In this document: positions 60,718 through 64,000 of the stretch, one piece after another
Layout: each line of letters opens with the position of its first letter
Numbering within the stretch: the first letter of the stretch is position 1
Assembly: GCA_044892525.1 (NCBI GenBank)
Contig: CM097885.1
Span: 48,300,001-48,364,000, forward strand
From: Schmidtea polychroa
Lineage: Eukaryota
Length of the DNA: 64,000 nucleotides
Direction of reading: 5' to 3'
Position numbers and translations under genes: made by a program
Notes under the pieces: generated by a model
Told to the model about the DNA's origin: nothing
Database searches by the model: none
The model's input: the letters and a program-made list of their open reading frames with translations, nothing else

Positions 60718-61439
60718 CTAAAATCATCTAGAAAGCATCAAATTTCCATGAAATATCAATGTCTTTAAAGATAAGTATTTTATCGATAAATACCCTTAAA
60801 AGGCTATATATCTCCCTCAGACTAAAAGGATTGCTTAAAATCCCGTTTAAATGACTATAATTATATCTTTAATTCCTATTATCACGAATATTTCCCTATA
60901 AAACATGTAAAATCATTAACTCTAAACAATTTATAAAGTCTAATGACAAAAAACAGTTATAATTAAATTTTTGTTCTAAAAATAAATCACTGTAATCGAA
61001 ATTTAAAATAAATATTGCTTGAAATTTGACTGTACAATATAACTGAGTAGTTGCATAGAAAGATTCAATTTATCCATATTTCTTCAAATGATCATTTTTA
61101 CCAATATCCAACCGATTTAATTACTAATTAAAATCACCCGATAGATTTCTCCCAATAAAGATCAATTTTCTTTAGTCGACGTTTTAAATCAATATTTCCA
61201 ACTTTTGTCGTTGTCCGTCTAAATAAAGATAAAAATAATTTAAAGTTGAAGTCAATCCCAATTATCTGTAAAGATTTCATTGTCAAAACCAAGTAAATCG
61301 ATCATTATCCCTACTTAATAAAACAATGTTCTAAATTAATTTACTGTGCATTAATCACAATCTAATAAAACGATATAATTATTATTGATACATAACTGAC
61401 TAATTACCATTTCCCTTAAAACATTGATATTTTACCAAC

Positions 61440-61925
61440 ATCACCCTTAAAAAATCATATATTCCCATCTTAACCCATCTCACATTAAATCTAACCGACT
61501 ATATCTCCCTTACAATGATATATTCCCACCTTATCTGATCTCTCATTAAAATCAATCGACTATATCCCCCTTACAATGATATATTCCCATCTTAACCCAT
61601 CCCTCATTAAATTTAGCCGACTATATCCCCTCAAAAGATCATATTCTCTCATTAAAGTCAATCGACTATATCTCCCTTACAATGATATATTCCCATTTTA
61701 ACCCATCCCTCATTAAATTTAACCGACTACATCCCCTCAAAAGATCATATTTTCCCATCTTAACCGATCTCTCATTAAATCCCACCAACTATATCCCCCT
61801 TAAAAGATCATATATTCCCACCTTATCCGATCTCTCATTAAATCTCACCGACAATATCCCAGCTTAACCGATCTCTCACCAAATATTTCTACCCCTTTAA
61901 ACATCTATCCGACTATATCCATTAA
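61440..61925. repeat. Minisatellite, ~60-bp unit, ~7-8 degenerate copies
   Basis: Repeating ATATTCCCATCTTAACCCATCTCTCATTAAATCTAACCGACTATATCCCCTTA. Confidence 0.88.
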
Positions 61926-64000
61926 TTCTACCCACTTGAATCCTCCTTTAATTCAATCAATCCTCTTAAAATTCTTAGAGAATTCTTCAAAAATATGAAT
62001 TTTTATTAAATGTTATCGACATCCAAAATACATCTATGAAATAATTTAGTATCTAAATTCGCGTAGTAAAAGATCAAAATTCACTAAAATTTTCTACAAA
62101 TATTTACCATCAAATACTGGAGATGATATATATTAATTGACCATAATTCTTCAACGATTCAACCAATCGTTTTCAAGCAATAATAACAAACTAAATCATA
62201 AATTTCAAGTAAATTTAAAATATCTATCCGAGATAAAGTTAACTGGTTTCTTAGCTTATGTTTTTAAAGATCATCAATGTGTAAATATTCTTAGAAAATT
62301 ATTGAAAAAAATTATTTAGTCAAATGCATTACAAAGTCATCTAAAATTAAACCAATTACATAATTATTAACCTAACAGTCATTAAAAATAATTAATTTTT
62401 ATTTAAAATTTAACAAATTATCAAGAAATTCAATTAAAATCATCATTAAAGCTTTAAATTTTTTAATAAATCAACATGAAATTCTTAGAAAATAATTGAA
62501 AAAAAAAATATTACAAAGTCATATCCTATCACGTGATTATTAACCTGACTGTCATTAAAAATAATTTTTATTTAAAAAAAAAACCAATCAATTAAAATGC
62601 ATCCAATTATCAAGAAATTAATTAAATTTATTTAGAACTAACTTAAAATTTTTAAATATTCATTCAATCCACATGATATTCACGAAAATGATAAAAATTC
62701 ACAAAAACCATCAACTCTAAAAAAATAATTACTAATGAATACCTTAAACACCAAAATTTATCTAAATAATCTTTCAAATTAATTCATTAAAATTGAAGAC
62801 AACACGCTCTATTTTGTCATTACATTCAATTAAAATTAAATAAATCAAGATAAGAACTTTGATAAAAAATATTATTCTAAAATGGTAAAAATTAACACTG
62901 TAGTGTTAAATGAAAAGGTAATTATTCTTTAAATCTAATTAACTTAGTCATAATTTTCTTTAATTTAACCCTTTATTTACTTAATTTAGTCCTTGTTTAC
63001 CGAATATAGAAGTTTAAAATATAGACCATTGATTACTTTAATTTAAAAATGTATCCCTTAATTTACATAATTTCAATCTAAAATTATTTCAAAAAATTTT
63101 TTCTAAAATTGTCATTGAAAAATATTTCATAAAAGTTTTCATTTAAAATTTTCATTGAAAAATATTTCATAAAAATTTTCATTAAAAATTATCTTAAAAA
63201 TTATTCCATAAAAATTTCATTAAAAAATTTCAATTCTCAAACACCTTCTATTATTTTGTTAATAAATTTAAAATCTTACTTTAATTTGCTTATTACATTA
63301 CTTATTTAAAAATTATTACTTTAATTTACTTATTTAAAATATTTGACCATTGATTACTTAATTTAAAAATTTGGACCTTAATTTACTTTAATTTAATTTT
63401 TTAGAACCTTAATTTACTTTAATTTTAAATTTTGAACCTTAATTAACTTTAATTCAAATTTGGACCTTAATTTACTTTAATTGAAAATTTTAGACCATAA
63501 TTTACTTAATTGAAATTTTAGACCTTAATTTGCTTATTTATCTTTAATTTACTTAAGTTTAAAAATATATACCATAATTTACTTAATTGAAATTTTAGAC
63601 TTTATTTTAGAACTCAATTGAAAATTTTAGACCTTAATTTCATGTAAAATTTTAGACCATAATTTACTTATTTGAAAATTTTAGACCTTAAATTGCTTAA
63701 TTGAAAATTTTAGACCTTAATTTGCTTATTTATCTTTAATTTACTTTAATTTAAAATTTTAGACCATAATATACTTAATTGAAAATTTTAGACCATAATT
63801 TCATGTAAAATTTTAGACAATAATTTACTTATTTGAAAATTTTAGACCTTAATTTACTTAATTGGAAATTTTAGACCTTAATTTGCTTATTTATCTTTAA
63901 TTTACTTAAGTTTAAAAATATATACCATAATTTACTTTAATTTAAAATTTTAGACCATAATTTACTTAATTGAAAATTTTAGACCTTAATTTACTTAATT

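Larger units (their letters stand above)
56590..64000. mobile_element. Large element with long modular inverted terminal arrays (Polinton/Maverick- or Foldback-like), runs off the window
   Basis: Left terminus AGTAGGTAGTTAGTGGCC..G12. Arrays of TAAAGTAAATTA(T/A)GGT units at ~57010-58250 are mirrored as ACC(A/T)TAATTTACTT at ~62950-64000. A unique block at 57720-57830 matches the reverse complement of 63220-63310. No diagnostic ORF was recognised. Confidence 0.5.

Noticed and set aside
57010..64000. CRISPR array or telomere in the short-period repeats
   Set aside because: Eukaryotic context, degenerate units without unique spacers, no cas genes, and no TTAGGG-type tract.

Overview
Very AT-rich eukaryotic DNA with GT-AG introns, many only 39-55 nt. 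The composition, intron sizes and transposon mix suggest a flatworm/planarian-like invertebrate (inference only). Two protein-coding genes sit head-to-head about 3.8 kb apart. One is an SH3-PX-BAR sorting nexin (SH3PX1/SNX9-18-33 family; minus strand, ATG at 21981, 12 exons traced down to 3600, remaining 3' exons not found). The other is a complete ATG7 (plus strand, 16 coding exons, 25756-53740, about 689 aa). Introns and flanks are full of transposon relics: hAT, piggyBac, PIF/Harbinger, pogo/Tigger, Merlin, Helitron, Ty3/Gypsy, BEL/Pao and Penelope-type. Most unusual: (1) an intronless proteasome alpha-6 fragment clamped between two inward-facing copies of a BEL/Pao LTR in ATG7 intron 11; (2) two sense-strand minimal hammerhead-ribozyme motifs flanking ATG7 exon 11; (3) an antisense ABCC/MRP fragment next to a long inverted MITE pair; (4) a perfect 65-bp-arm palindrome inside a dead pogo transposase; (5) a >7 kb element with long modular inverted repeat arrays running off the right edge. 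All calls were made by eye; no searches were run.
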